From Eubacteriales bacterium (lineage in GTDB: Bacteria > Bacillota > Clostridia > Oscillospirales > CAG-272): 64,000 nucleotides of DNA. Below the pieces are notes generated by a model, which was not told the origin of the DNA, made no database searches, and saw nothing but the letters and a program-made list of their open reading frames with translations. Shown here piece by piece: positions 39,946 to 49,233 of the stretch. The stretch's first letter is position 1. Every line of letters begins with the position of its first letter. Location: assembly GCA_045645205.1 (NCBI GenBank), contig JAZRIJ010000083.1, positions 1,343 through 65,342 on the forward strand. Direction: 5' to 3'. The translations under genes and the position numbers were made by a program.

Positions 39946-41312
39946 CCTATGCAAAATCTTCCAAAGATATTGTGAACCACGTCTTCGGTAACCTTCCGTC
40001 CGTCAAGGTTGCCGAGTTCCGACAAGGCAAGCTCAAGCTCCATTCCGGCAATGTCCTGTGTAAAGCCTTCGTTCAGCGCGTTTATTGCGTTATCTATATG
40101 AGAAATTGAGTTACATACAGATGCAAATTGGCGTGCGTTTGTTACAACGCATGCAGAGGAATATTCAATTTCTCCATCAATATAAATTTTCTCGATAAGT
40201 TCAATAAGCTCATTTTTTCCTGTGTTCTCTTTTGCTGATATACCGACAACGTATTTTGTTATGTCTTCAAACTGCTTTTTATTCAGTTTTGTTCCTATAT
40301 CGATTTTGTTTAAAACAATGATAACGGTTTTGTTTTCAAGCTCTTTAAGTTGTTTTATAACTTCTTTGTCCTCAGTATCGAGTTCGTTTGAACCGTCAAA
40401 AACGGCAAGAATAAGCTCTGCGTTTTCTACTTTTTCAATAGCTTTCCTAACGCCTATTTCCTCAACGGTGTCATCAGCGTTGCGGATACCTGCGGTGTCG
40501 CAAAGGCGAAGTAAAACATGTCCTGCCGATAGCGTCTCTTCAACGGTGTCTCTCGTTGTACCTGCTATGGGAGTAACAATTGCGCGTTCCTCTCCAAGAA
40601 GCATATTTAAGAGGGAGGATTTACCCGTGTTAGGCTTGCCTGCAATAACGGTATTTAGACCCTCGCATACGGCTCTGCCCGTTTTGTATGATTTTCGTAA
40701 GTCTTCAAGGCTTTGTCTTATTTGAACAAGGCTTGTTTTCATATTGTCAACCGAAATATCGGTAAGATCTTCGTCGGGATAGTCAATATAAGCATAAATA
40801 CTGCTTACTATAGTCATAACAGAATTATATATTTCGTTAACTCTTCGGGAGAGTCTGCCGTCAGCCTGAGAGGCGGCAAGAGCCACTTTAGACTCGCTTT
40901 GGGCATCAATAAGGTCAATAACCGACTCAGCCTGAGAAAGTCCCATTTTGCCCGATAAAAATGCCCTCTGGGTAAATTCGCCCGGACCTGCGGGTAATGC
41001 TCCTGCCAAAAAAGTTGATTCAAGCACCATTTGAGACAGCAGAATACCGCCGTGGCAGTGTATTTCTGCCGCATCTTCGCCCGTATATGACTTTGGCGCC
41101 TTAAAATATACAGCCATTCCTCTGTCTATTATCTTACCTTCTTTGTAAATATCACCGTAAACTAAGGTGTTTGGAGGATAATCGCATATATTTTTATTTC
41201 CCGTCGGCTTGAATATTTTCGATACTATTTCAAAAGAGTTTTCTCCCGATAATCTTATAACGGCTATACCGCCTTTGCCGAAGGGGGTCGATATTGCAGA
41301 AATGGTATTCAT
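39939..41312 (-). CDS. mnmE: tRNA modification GTPase MnmE (TrmE)
   Basis: 457 aa. G domain GKPNTGKSSLLN, DTAG and NKID, plus the C-terminal CIGK tetrapeptide. Confidence 0.93.
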   Translation of the reverse strand: MNTISAISTPFGKGGIAVIRLSGENSFEIVSKIFKPTGNKNICDYPPNTLVYGDIYKEGKIIDRGMAVYFKAPKSYTGEDAAEIHCHGGILLSQMVLESTFLAGALPAGPGEFTQRAFLSGKMGLSQAESVIDLIDAQSESKVALAASQADGRLSRRVNEIYNSVMTIVSSIYAYIDYPDEDLTDISVDNMKTSLVQIRQSLEDLRKSYKTGRAVCEGLNTVIAGKPNTGKSSLLNMLLGEERAIVTPIAGTTRDTVEETLSAGHVLLRLCDTAGIRNADDTVEEIGVRKAIEKVENAELILAVFDGSNELDTEDKEVIKQLKELENKTVIIVLNKIDIGTKLNKKQFEDITKYVVGISAKENTGKNELIELIEKIYIDGEIEYSSACVVTNARQFASVCNSISHIDNAINALNEGFTQDIAGMELELALSELGNLDGRKVTEDVVHNIFGRFCIGK

Positions 41313-41335
41313 ACGGTTTTGTCCTGTCTTTCTTT

Positions 41336-43054
41336 TTAAGCGTTTTGTCTGAATTGAAGCTTGTACAGGTCGGCATAAATGCCGTTTTCATTTATAAGCT
41401 TATTATGGTCGCCCTGCTCAACTATCTTTCCATCGGATATAACGGCTATTTCATCGGCATTTTTTATTGTTGAAAGCCTGTGAGCGACAACAATGGTCGT
41501 TCTGCCTCGGCACAGTTCGTCCAATGCCTGCTGAATAAGAATTTCCGTTGTGTTGTCGAGAGCACTTGTTGCCTCGTCAAGAATAAGTATAGGCGGATTT
41601 TTTAAAAATACTCTCGCAATACAAAGTCTTTGTTTCTGACCGCCGGAAAGTCTGACACCGCGTTCGCCTATAACTGTGTCATATCCATGTTCAAGGCTCA
41701 TTATGTAATCGTGAATGTTTGCGCGTTTTGCCGCCTCGATAATTTCCTGTTCGGTCGCGTCAAGCCGTCCGTAAAGTATATTATCACGCATACTTGCGTT
41801 AAACAAATAAATATCCTGCTGAACTATACCTATATTCTTACGCAGAGATTCAAAGGTAATACCTTTTATATTCATACCGTCAACAAGTATCTCCCCATCT
41901 TCTATCTTATAGAAGTTGGGTATAAGATGACATATTGTAGTTTTTCCGCCTCCGCTCGGACCTACCAAGGCAAATGTCTTGCCCTTTTCAATCTTTAGGT
42001 CAATATTGTTCAGAACCTCTTTTTCGGTGTCATAACTGTATGAAACGTTTTTAAATTCGATATGACCTTCAAGTCTGTCAACGTCAATAGCGTTTGGCGA
42101 CTGTTCTTCGGGGACTGTATCAATTATTTCAAGAAATCTTTCAAATCCCGTAACACCGTTCTGGTACTGCTCCATAAATCTTATAAGAGTATTGACAGGA
42201 CCTAAAAACAGGTTTATTGATACAACGAAAGCCGAGTAATCGGCAAAATTGATTTGTCCGCTGTAAAGAAATAGGCCGCCCGCAATAAGTATTGCGACAT
42301 TGAAAATATCGGTAACAAAGGTAGTCATGGAGTGGAACTCGCCCATGGCTTTGTATGCATCTCGTCTTGCTTCCTGGAATTGCCTGTTACCGTCCTCGAA
42401 CTTCTCTTTTTCTTTTTCGGAGTTAGTGAACGCCTTTGTAACACGGATACCGGAAATACTGCTTTCTACCGAGGCATTTATAATGCCTATTGCCTGTCTG
42501 CTTGCCATAAAAGCATTACGCATCTTCTTTCTTGTTTTTACCGAGACAAAAATAAGCAGGGGTACACAAAGAAAGATTATCAGAGCAAGCCAAGCATTTA
42601 TAGAAACAAGGTATGCAAATGAAATTACAACAGAAACTGTAGAAATAATAACGTTTTCCGGACCATGATGGGCAAGCTCGCTTACATCATTAAGGTCACT
42701 CGTCATACGGGTCATAATTTTACCTGTTTCATTATTGTCATAAAACGAAAAAGGCAGTTTTTGCAGGTGCGTAAAAAGTTCGCTTCTCATTTGCGCTTGC
42801 ATTTTAACACCCATAATATGTCCCTGATATTGAATAAAATAGTTTAGACCCATTCTGACAGCATACAACAAAAATAAAGATATGCCGAAAATAATTATCA
42901 TTCTGTAATTTTTGTTGGGAATAAGGTCATTGAGCATAGTTCTTGTAACCATAGGATACAGTATTCCCACAAGTGATACCAAAAGAGAAGCTGTCATATC
43001 TAAAATAAATATCTTCTTATGTGGTCTGTAGTAAACCAGAAATCGTTTCAACAT
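41336..43054 (-). CDS. ABC transporter, fused permease/ATP-binding protein (exporter type, MsbA-like)
   Basis: Six-TM N-terminal domain, Walker A GPSGGGKTT, signature LSGGQKQR and Walker B ILILDEATSALD. Confidence 0.85.
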   Translation of the reverse strand: MLKRFLVYYRPHKKIFILDMTASLLVSLVGILYPMVTRTMLNDLIPNKNYRMIIIFGISLFLLYAVRMGLNYFIQYQGHIMGVKMQAQMRSELFTHLQKLPFSFYDNNETGKIMTRMTSDLNDVSELAHHGPENVIISTVSVVISFAYLVSINAWLALIIFLCVPLLIFVSVKTRKKMRNAFMASRQAIGIINASVESSISGIRVTKAFTNSEKEKEKFEDGNRQFQEARRDAYKAMGEFHSMTTFVTDIFNVAILIAGGLFLYSGQINFADYSAFVVSINLFLGPVNTLIRFMEQYQNGVTGFERFLEIIDTVPEEQSPNAIDVDRLEGHIEFKNVSYSYDTEKEVLNNIDLKIEKGKTFALVGPSGGGKTTICHLIPNFYKIEDGEILVDGMNIKGITFESLRKNIGIVQQDIYLFNASMRDNILYGRLDATEQEIIEAAKRANIHDYIMSLEHGYDTVIGERGVRLSGGQKQRLCIARVFLKNPPILILDEATSALDNTTEILIQQALDELCRGRTTIVVAHRLSTIKNADEIAVISDGKIVEQGDHNKLINENGIYADLYKLQFRQNA

Positions 43055-43089
43055 ATAATTACTCCTTTTTAGAAAATTAATAACGTTCT

Positions 43090-43863
43090 TTAGATAAAAA
43101 ACGTAGGCTCTTTTCGGGATGCAACCTTGAGTAATATACCTTCGAAGCCTGCTAAGGCGCGGGAGGTTATATTAAATGCAATTTCGGGAGTGTTGTTTTC
43201 TTCACTCAAATGTCCAAGCATAAAATTTTTGGTGCCATGTTCGGCAAGAAAACGCGCAAATGCTGCGCAGTCATAGTTTGACAAATGTCCGTGCTCGGAA
43301 CGTATTCTGTCCTTAAGATGCTGAGGATATGAACCTATTTCAAGCTTCTTATCGTCATAATTTGACTCAAGAACAACGCTGTTGCATTTTAGAAGAGCAT
43401 CAACCGCCGCCCTGTCAATGTAACCCATATCTGTGGCAATTCCAAACTTGTCTTTTTCTGTTTCAAATGTATATCCAACGCAGGCGGAGCTGTCGTGAGA
43501 TGAGTAAAATGACCTTACTGTAAGTCCGTCTAAAACACACTGGAAGTTAAGCTCGTGTTCAACAATGTTTTTTGTCTCAGGATACTTAAATCTATATTCT
43601 TCTGCCGATGGTCTTGTCATATGTATGGGGATATCACTCTTCTTGGATAGCACGGCAAGACCTTTAACATGATCAATATGCTCATGTGTTATAAATATTG
43701 CCTTTATGTTAGTTATATCCGAGCCTAAAAGTCTCAGCCTTTCGCAAATGCACCTTGCTGAAATACCGGCATCAATAAGCACCTCGGTATTACCGCTTTT
43801 TAAGTAATATGCGTTACCGCTTGAGCTTGCCGCCAAAGCCGTAACGCTGATTTTATTGTTCAT
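43090..43863 (-). CDS. MBL-fold metallo-hydrolase (YycJ/WalJ-like)
   Basis: HxHxDH motif THEHIDHVKG, 257 aa. Confidence 0.8.
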   Translation of the reverse strand: MNNKISVTALAASSSGNAYYLKSGNTEVLIDAGISARCICERLRLLGSDITNIKAIFITHEHIDHVKGLAVLSKKSDIPIHMTRPSAEEYRFKYPETKNIVEHELNFQCVLDGLTVRSFYSSHDSSACVGYTFETEKDKFGIATDMGYIDRAAVDALLKCNSVVLESNYDDKKLEIGSYPQHLKDRIRSEHGHLSNYDCAAFARFLAEHGTKNFMLGHLSEENNTPEIAFNITSRALAGFEGILLKVASRKEPTFFI

Positions 43864-43908
43864 TTTTCCACCGTTTGTATTTAATATATTATGGATGACG
43901 GGTATATT

Positions 43909-44352
43909 CTACTTTACCAAAAACAGAAGATACAGCATATCAAAAAGCAGAGTAAATATTAGCGGAATAAGGACAAAAAGCAGTTTTTTTGCCTTTTTTC
44001 TGCTTTTCAGCAGGTTTTCAATAAATTCTTCTTTTTGCTTGTCTGTCATATCATCCCGAAGCTGTTCTTTTGTGGGAATATCATTGGACATGCCTCTGTT
44101 CATTATTATAAAAATTGCTGCAAGCACCGCTGTTGCTATAATGTAAACAGTAACAACAATGTCAAGTATAAGCCTGATGTTATATATTTCTGCTAGCTTC
44201 AGCCCCAGCTGATACAGTCCGAATATTACGACGAAGTAAAGCAAAAGTTTGCCGAGCAGCCGCCAGTTAAACTCAGCGAAAGACTTTTTAACCGCATTCT
44301 TTGCCTCACTTTCGGGGATAAAGCTTCTTCTCTTCTTTTTCTTCTTTGACAT
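43909..44352 (-). CDS. hypothetical membrane protein
   Basis: 147 aa with a basic N-terminus and three hydrophobic segments. Confidence 0.45.
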   Translation of the reverse strand: MSKKKKKRRSFIPESEAKNAVKKSFAEFNWRLLGKLLLYFVVIFGLYQLGLKLAEIYNIRLILDIVVTVYIIATAVLAAIFIIMNRGMSNDIPTKEQLRDDMTDKQKEEFIENLLKSRKKAKKLLFVLIPLIFTLLFDMLYLLFLVK

Positions 44353-44497
44353 TTTAAATAACCTTTACGGCGCCGTCATTTCTTACTCAAAGTGCCACAC
44401 AGTTTCCCTCGCCGAACACCTTTTCTATTTTAATTTTTGTAGAGTTTTCTTTTCTTGTATATGTTTTTTATCATCTGTTCTTAAAAATTTAAGTATT

Positions 44498-44908
44498 TTA
44501 ATTAAATTTTGCAAGCTCATTAAGAGTAAACTTATAAAGTCCCTGAGCCATTATTGTCAGTTTTTTTGCTGTTGCCTTGTCTATATTAAGCGGAAAGTCG
44601 GGCGGATAGCGTGTCTGTATATAGTAGTTATTCAAAGCGACACATTCATCTATCCAGTCAAAAAATCCGTTGTTTACCTTAGCGGCAGTTTTGCATAAAA
44701 ATATTATATTATGACCGTCGGGAGCGTATCCCTTTTGGGCAAGCATAAAGGCTTTCAGAGCCTTTTCAATAGCCTGATGAGAGTGAAACGCCGACAAGAG
44801 CAAGGTGTGTGGATTTTTCCGTAACTGAGATGCGGCGTGTAGGTCATTTTCGGCATATATCATCCAGTCGGTGTAAGCCTTGCTGTCCTTGGATTTATGC
44901 CTTGCCAT
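44498..44908 (-). CDS. HEPN-domain protein (putative toxin of a HEPN/MNT module)
   Basis: 136 aa. HQAIEKALKAF and YYIQTRYPPD blocks are typical of PF05168-type HEPN. It overlaps the upstream MNT gene by 14 nt. Confidence 0.7.
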   Translation of the reverse strand: MARHKSKDSKAYTDWMIYAENDLHAASQLRKNPHTLLLSAFHSHQAIEKALKAFMLAQKGYAPDGHNIIFLCKTAAKVNNGFFDWIDECVALNNYYIQTRYPPDFPLNIDKATAKKLTIMAQGLYKFTLNELAKFN

Positions 44909-45245
44909 ACACCACGCACCCCTTTCGCGCTATACGGGAGGCAAAGCTATCGCTTTGTTGTGTTAAATTTTCCCATTCCGACGGACTGTATAAAAAAATG
45001 TCGAAAGGAATCTCGCTGTCTATTTCAATATAAGCCTTTTTTATCCATGCGTTCTTATCGTTTGTGTTTGCAACAACGCAAACATCAAGGTCGGTAACAG
45101 TATTTTCATTTTCACTTCGTTTAACGCCAAAAACAATGATCTTTTCAACCTGAAAAAGCCTCTTTATCTCGTTACATATAAAACCTATTTCTTTTGATTC
45201 GCATAAATTGCCTAACATATTTGTATAACACCCCCATATATGCAT
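44895..45245 (-). CDS. nucleotidyltransferase-domain protein (MNT, putative antitoxin)
   Basis: IIVFGVKRS..TDLDVCVV is a minimal NTase G-S/DxD-type motif. The start may be the internal Met at 45218. Confidence 0.65.
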   Translation of the reverse strand: MHIWGCYTNMLGNLCESKEIGFICNEIKRLFQVEKIIVFGVKRSENENTVTDLDVCVVANTNDKNAWIKKAYIEIDSEIPFDIFLYSPSEWENLTQQSDSFASRIARKGCVVYGKA

Positions 45246-45506
45246 TTTGTCTTAAAATAAAGTATAACATACAAAGAGGTAAATGTAAAGAAAAATTATT
45301 AATGTGCCAAACAAGTTTTTTATTTTATAAACCTTTAAGAACTGAAAGGAGAGAGAAAAATAAAAAAAATAATTTAAAAGAATTGAAAAAATGAATTGGA
45401 GTTTGTGCGGTATTTTGGAGTAACAAACAAAAGCTTGTGAGATTGGAAAAGCAATTATACCGGATGTTACTATGTTTGTTCATTATGATACAATTGAAGT
45501 AGATAA

Positions 45507-45707
45507 ATAAAATTAGATTTACAACGAGGAATCCAAAGACTGTATTATTTTGCAACCAAAGGTATTAGTCCTGAAGGTGTATATGTACGGCAAGGCACAT
45601 TAGCTGCTCCATCAACCGCATCTCGTTTGCTTCGACATATGGTAAATGACGGATTGTTTATTCAAAAAGGAAGTGCAAGAAGCACTAAATATTATTTGGC
45701 TAATTAA
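45507..45707 (+). pseudogene. start-less C-terminal remnant of a winged-helix-tailed protein (as in Fic or AAA-type regulator tails)
   Basis: An open frame with no start codon ends in APSTASRLLRHMVNDGLFIQKGSARSTKYYLAN. Another short fragment lies in a different frame at 45424-45510. The identification is tentative. Confidence 0.3.
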
Positions 45708-45767
45708 TAAAACAAAAAGGGAAAACTTTTTGAAAGAAGTTTTCCCTTTTGTGCTTATAATTTTATT

Positions 45768-46844
45768 TTATCTCTTAACTCTTGCATTTCCGCCATAGAT
45801 AGCCCAAACCTGATCTTCATCGGAAGGCTGTGCATAGTCAGTGAGGAATGTTGTCGCCATAGCGCCTGTTGCCCAACCGAATTTAACCCATTTTTCAGGT
45901 TCCCAACCTTTAAGAATGGAGTAAAGCAGACCGCCTACGAAGCCGTCGCCGCCGCCGATTCTGTCAAGAACACGGATCTCGCGAGGTTCTTCAATGTACC
46001 ATTCGTCGCCAACCAATGTTATAGCGCCCCAGAGGTGAGCATTTACGTTAATAACCTGACGGAGTGTTGTAGCAAATACCGATGTTTCGGGGAATGCTTT
46101 TTTAACTCTTGCGGTCATTTCCTTGAAGTTTTCAATCTTGGAAGCAATATCTTTGCCGCCTGCTTCAGGACCTTCAATGCCGAGGCAAAGCTGGAAGTCT
46201 TCTTCGTTACCAATAAGAATATCGGAAACACTTGCAATCTCTGTAAAGATGTCGTGCAATTCCTGTTCTCTGCCCTCCCAGAAGGATGCTCTGTGGTTAA
46301 GGTCAAAGGAAATAAGTGTGCCGTACTTTTTAGCAGCTCTTGCAAGCTCAAGGCAGAATTTGCTTGTTTCGGGAGAAAGGGCTGCGATAAGACCGGAAAG
46401 GTGGAGTATCTGAACGCCTTCTTCGCCAAAAATTCTTTCGAGATCGAAGTCTTCAAGGCAGAGTGTTCTGCCTACTTCGCCTGCTCTGTCATTGGTAACA
46501 CGGGGACCTCTTAAGCCGTAACCGCTGTCAGCAATGTTGAACTGGTGGCGGTAACCCCAAGGTCCGCCTTGCTCTATTTCTTTACCCTCGTAGTCCATAC
46601 CTCTTGCGCGAAGATTTTGTTTAATAAAGGCTGCAATGGGACTGCCCTTTACAAACTTTGTGAGAACCTTAACAGGAAGACCGAGATAAGAAGAAATGCT
46701 TGCAACATTTGTTTCTGCGCTTGTTGCCTGCATACGAAACATATCGCTTGCGGCAACGGGCTGACCGTTTTCGGGAGTAATTCTAACGCCCATACTTGTG
46801 GGAACCACAAGGGAGTATTTACAATTTTTCTTAAGTTCTTTCAT
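45768..46844 (-). CDS. PfkB-family sugar/sugar-acid kinase (KdgK-like)
   Basis: 358 aa with a C-terminal DRIGGGDGFVGGLLY anion-hole motif of the ribokinase fold. Confidence 0.75.
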   Translation of the reverse strand: MKELKKNCKYSLVVPTSMGVRITPENGQPVAASDMFRMQATSAETNVASISSYLGLPVKVLTKFVKGSPIAAFIKQNLRARGMDYEGKEIEQGGPWGYRHQFNIADSGYGLRGPRVTNDRAGEVGRTLCLEDFDLERIFGEEGVQILHLSGLIAALSPETSKFCLELARAAKKYGTLISFDLNHRASFWEGREQELHDIFTEIASVSDILIGNEEDFQLCLGIEGPEAGGKDIASKIENFKEMTARVKKAFPETSVFATTLRQVINVNAHLWGAITLVGDEWYIEEPREIRVLDRIGGGDGFVGGLLYSILKGWEPEKWVKFGWATGAMATTFLTDYAQPSDEDQVWAIYGGNARVKR

Positions 46845-46880
46845 AATAATTCTCCAATCGAAATAGTTTATTGAAGTGTA

Positions 46881-48332
46881 TTAGACCACATAGTTAGAAG
46901 CTGCAGTATCGCCGCCTTCACCTGTCCAGTTGGTGTGGAAGAACTGACCGCGGGGAGCATCTGTACGTTCATATGTGTGAGCGCCGAAGTAGTCTCTCTG
47001 AGCTTGGAGAAGGTTTGCGGGAAGCTTTTCGCAACGGTAACCGTCATAGTAAGAAAGCGCTGTTGTCATAGCGGGAGCGGGAATACCGTTGGAGATAGCG
47101 GCAGCGCAAACACGGCGCCAACCTGCCTGTGCGTTATCCATAACATTCTTAAAATAGGGATCAAGGAGAAGGTTTGTAAGTCCGGGGTTGTTGTCAAAAG
47201 CTTCTTTAATCTTGCCGAGGAATACGCTTCTGATGATACAGCCGCCTCTCCACATGAGAGCGATACCGCCGTAGTTGAGGTTCCAGCCGTATGTCTTAGC
47301 TGCCGCGCGCATAAGTGTGTAGCCCTGAGCGTAAGAAACGATCTTTGCCGCAAAGAGAGCATCTTTGATGTCGGAAATAAACTGAGCCTTGTCGCCTTCA
47401 AACTTGGGGGTAGGTCCTGTGAGAACTTTAGAAGCTTCAACGCGCTCTTCCTTAATAGCGGAAAGGCAGCGTGAGAATACTGCTTCGCCGATAAGTGTCA
47501 GCGGAACGCCTTCGTCAAGTGCCGCGATACCTGTCCACTTACCTGTACCCTTCTGACCTGCTGTGTCAAGAATCTTGTCAACGATAGCAGAGCCGTCTGT
47601 GTCCTTGTAACCGAGAATATCACGTGTGATCTCTATGAGATAGCTGTCAAGGTCGCCCTTGTTGTATTCTGCAAAAATTTCGTGCATTTCGTCAGCTGAA
47701 AGACCGAGGTAATCACGCATAAGCTGATATGCTTCGCAGATGAGCTGCATATCGCCGTATTCAATACCGTTGTGAACCATCTTAACGAAGTGGCCTGCAC
47801 CGTTTTCGCCAACCCAGTCGCAACAGGGTGAGCCGTCTTCAACCTTAGCGCAGATAGCCTGGAAAATAGGCTTAACTGATTCCCAAGCTGCAGGTGAGCC
47901 GCCGGGCATCATGCTGGGGCCTTTAAGCGCGCCTTCTTCACCGCCGGAAACACCGGTACCGATGTAAAGGAGACCCTTTGATTCAACATATGCTGTTCTG
48001 CGCGCAGTATCCGGGAAGTGTGAGTTACCGCCGTCAATAATGATGTCGCCTTCTTCAAGAAGGGGGATGAGCTGTTCAATCGTGCTGTCAACAGCGCCGC
48101 CCGCTTTGATCATCATCATAACCTTACGGGGCTTTGCGAGAGAGTCAACAAGCTCCTGAAGGCTGTATGTGCCTACAATGTTCTTACCCTTTGCTCTGCC
48201 TTCAACAAAGCTCTTTACCTTTTCTGTTGTACGGTTGTAAACCGACACGGTAAAGCCGTGGCTTTCCATGTTCATAACGAGGTTTTCACCCATTACGGCA
48301 AGACCAATAAGTCCGATGTCTGATTTTTTCAT
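46881..48332 (-). CDS. gnd: NADP-dependent 6-phosphogluconate dehydrogenase (decarboxylating)
   Basis: GLIGLAVMGENL Rossmann motif plus GNSHF, VSGGEEGA and HNGIEYGDMQLI blocks. The start is moved to the ATG at 48332 (MKKSDIG). Confidence 0.92.
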   Translation of the reverse strand: MKKSDIGLIGLAVMGENLVMNMESHGFTVSVYNRTTEKVKSFVEGRAKGKNIVGTYSLQELVDSLAKPRKVMMMIKAGGAVDSTIEQLIPLLEEGDIIIDGGNSHFPDTARRTAYVESKGLLYIGTGVSGGEEGALKGPSMMPGGSPAAWESVKPIFQAICAKVEDGSPCCDWVGENGAGHFVKMVHNGIEYGDMQLICEAYQLMRDYLGLSADEMHEIFAEYNKGDLDSYLIEITRDILGYKDTDGSAIVDKILDTAGQKGTGKWTGIAALDEGVPLTLIGEAVFSRCLSAIKEERVEASKVLTGPTPKFEGDKAQFISDIKDALFAAKIVSYAQGYTLMRAAAKTYGWNLNYGGIALMWRGGCIIRSVFLGKIKEAFDNNPGLTNLLLDPYFKNVMDNAQAGWRRVCAAAISNGIPAPAMTTALSYYDGYRCEKLPANLLQAQRDYFGAHTYERTDAPRGQFFHTNWTGEGGDTAASNYVV

Positions 48333-48405
48333 TATTATTCTCCATTCCGCCGCTGATTTCAGCGGCAAATTATATTATAAATTTTTATTTTTCTTAGTTT
48401 ATAAT

Positions 48406-49233
48406 CTAAAACATTTCTTTGATCAGGTTGTACGGTATCTTCAGGTTTCCGTAGCCTACGCCTAATTTTATATGCGGCTTGTTTGCTCCGTGAAAGTCTG
48501 TACCGCCTGATATTTTGAGGCCGTACTTTTGGGCGAGGGCTTGATATTCTTCCTGCATCTTGTCGTCATACTCGGTATAATAACCCTCGAGACCGTCAAG
48601 TCCGGCATTCTTTAGACTGACAACATAGGCTTCAAGCTCTTTGTCTTTCATTTTTGTCAAATGCAAATGGGCAAGATAAGCTTTTCCGCCTGCATTTTTT
48701 ATAAGTTTTACAGCATCCTCCGGTTGCAAAAGCCTAAGACTGTTAAAAGCCGGTCTTCCCTTTTGCAGATACAGGTCAAATGCTTCTTTTACCGAGTTGA
48801 CATACCCTTTGTTTTCCATAACCTTTGCAAAATGAGCCCTGCCTAAGTTACCTATAGGCGAAAGCTTTCTTGCATCTTCAACCGTTATGTCAAAACCCAG
48901 CTTCTGTAATGCCTCTGCTGTTCTTTGGTTGTTTTGCAGTCTCAATTCTTTTGCGAGGTCGATAGCGGCAACAAGCTCGGAATTATATATGTCTATGCCA
49001 TATCCCAGTATATGAGTTTCTCCTGTTGATACAGCCGAAAACTCAATTCCGGGTATAACCTCGATTCCGTACTTTTTCGCTGCTTCGATAGCTTCAGCAA
49101 CTCCGTCAACTGTATCGTGGTCAGTCAATGCTATTGCGCGTAGCGAGCAGTGTTTTGCCAACGCAACAAGGTCTGTAGGAGACATTGAGCCGTCGGAAAA
49201 ATGTGAATGTGTGTGAAGATCAATGTAATCCAT
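48406..49233 (-). CDS. PHP-domain phosphoesterase (TrpH/YciV-like)
   Basis: MDYIDLHTHSHFSDGS start motif, TDHDT and a C-terminal GGTDFHG. The start is placed at the internal Met so that TAATG overlaps the upstream stop. Confidence 0.75.
   Translation of the reverse strand: MDYIDLHTHSHFSDGSMSPTDLVALAKHCSLRAIALTDHDTVDGVAEAIEAAKKYGIEVIPGIEFSAVSTGETHILGYGIDIYNSELVAAIDLAKELRLQNNQRTAEALQKLGFDITVEDARKLSPIGNLGRAHFAKVMENKGYVNSVKEAFDLYLQKGRPAFNSLRLLQPEDAVKLIKNAGGKAYLAHLHLTKMKDKELEAYVVSLKNAGLDGLEGYYTEYDDKMQEEYQALAQKYGLKISGGTDFHGANKPHIKLGVGYGNLKIPYNLIKEMF

Noticed and set aside
45325-45555. A 76-aa minus-strand ORF in the spacer upstream of the MNT gene.
   Set aside because: It has a hydrophobic, low-complexity translation of AT-rich DNA and no ribosome-binding site. 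It also overlaps the plus-strand gene fragments.
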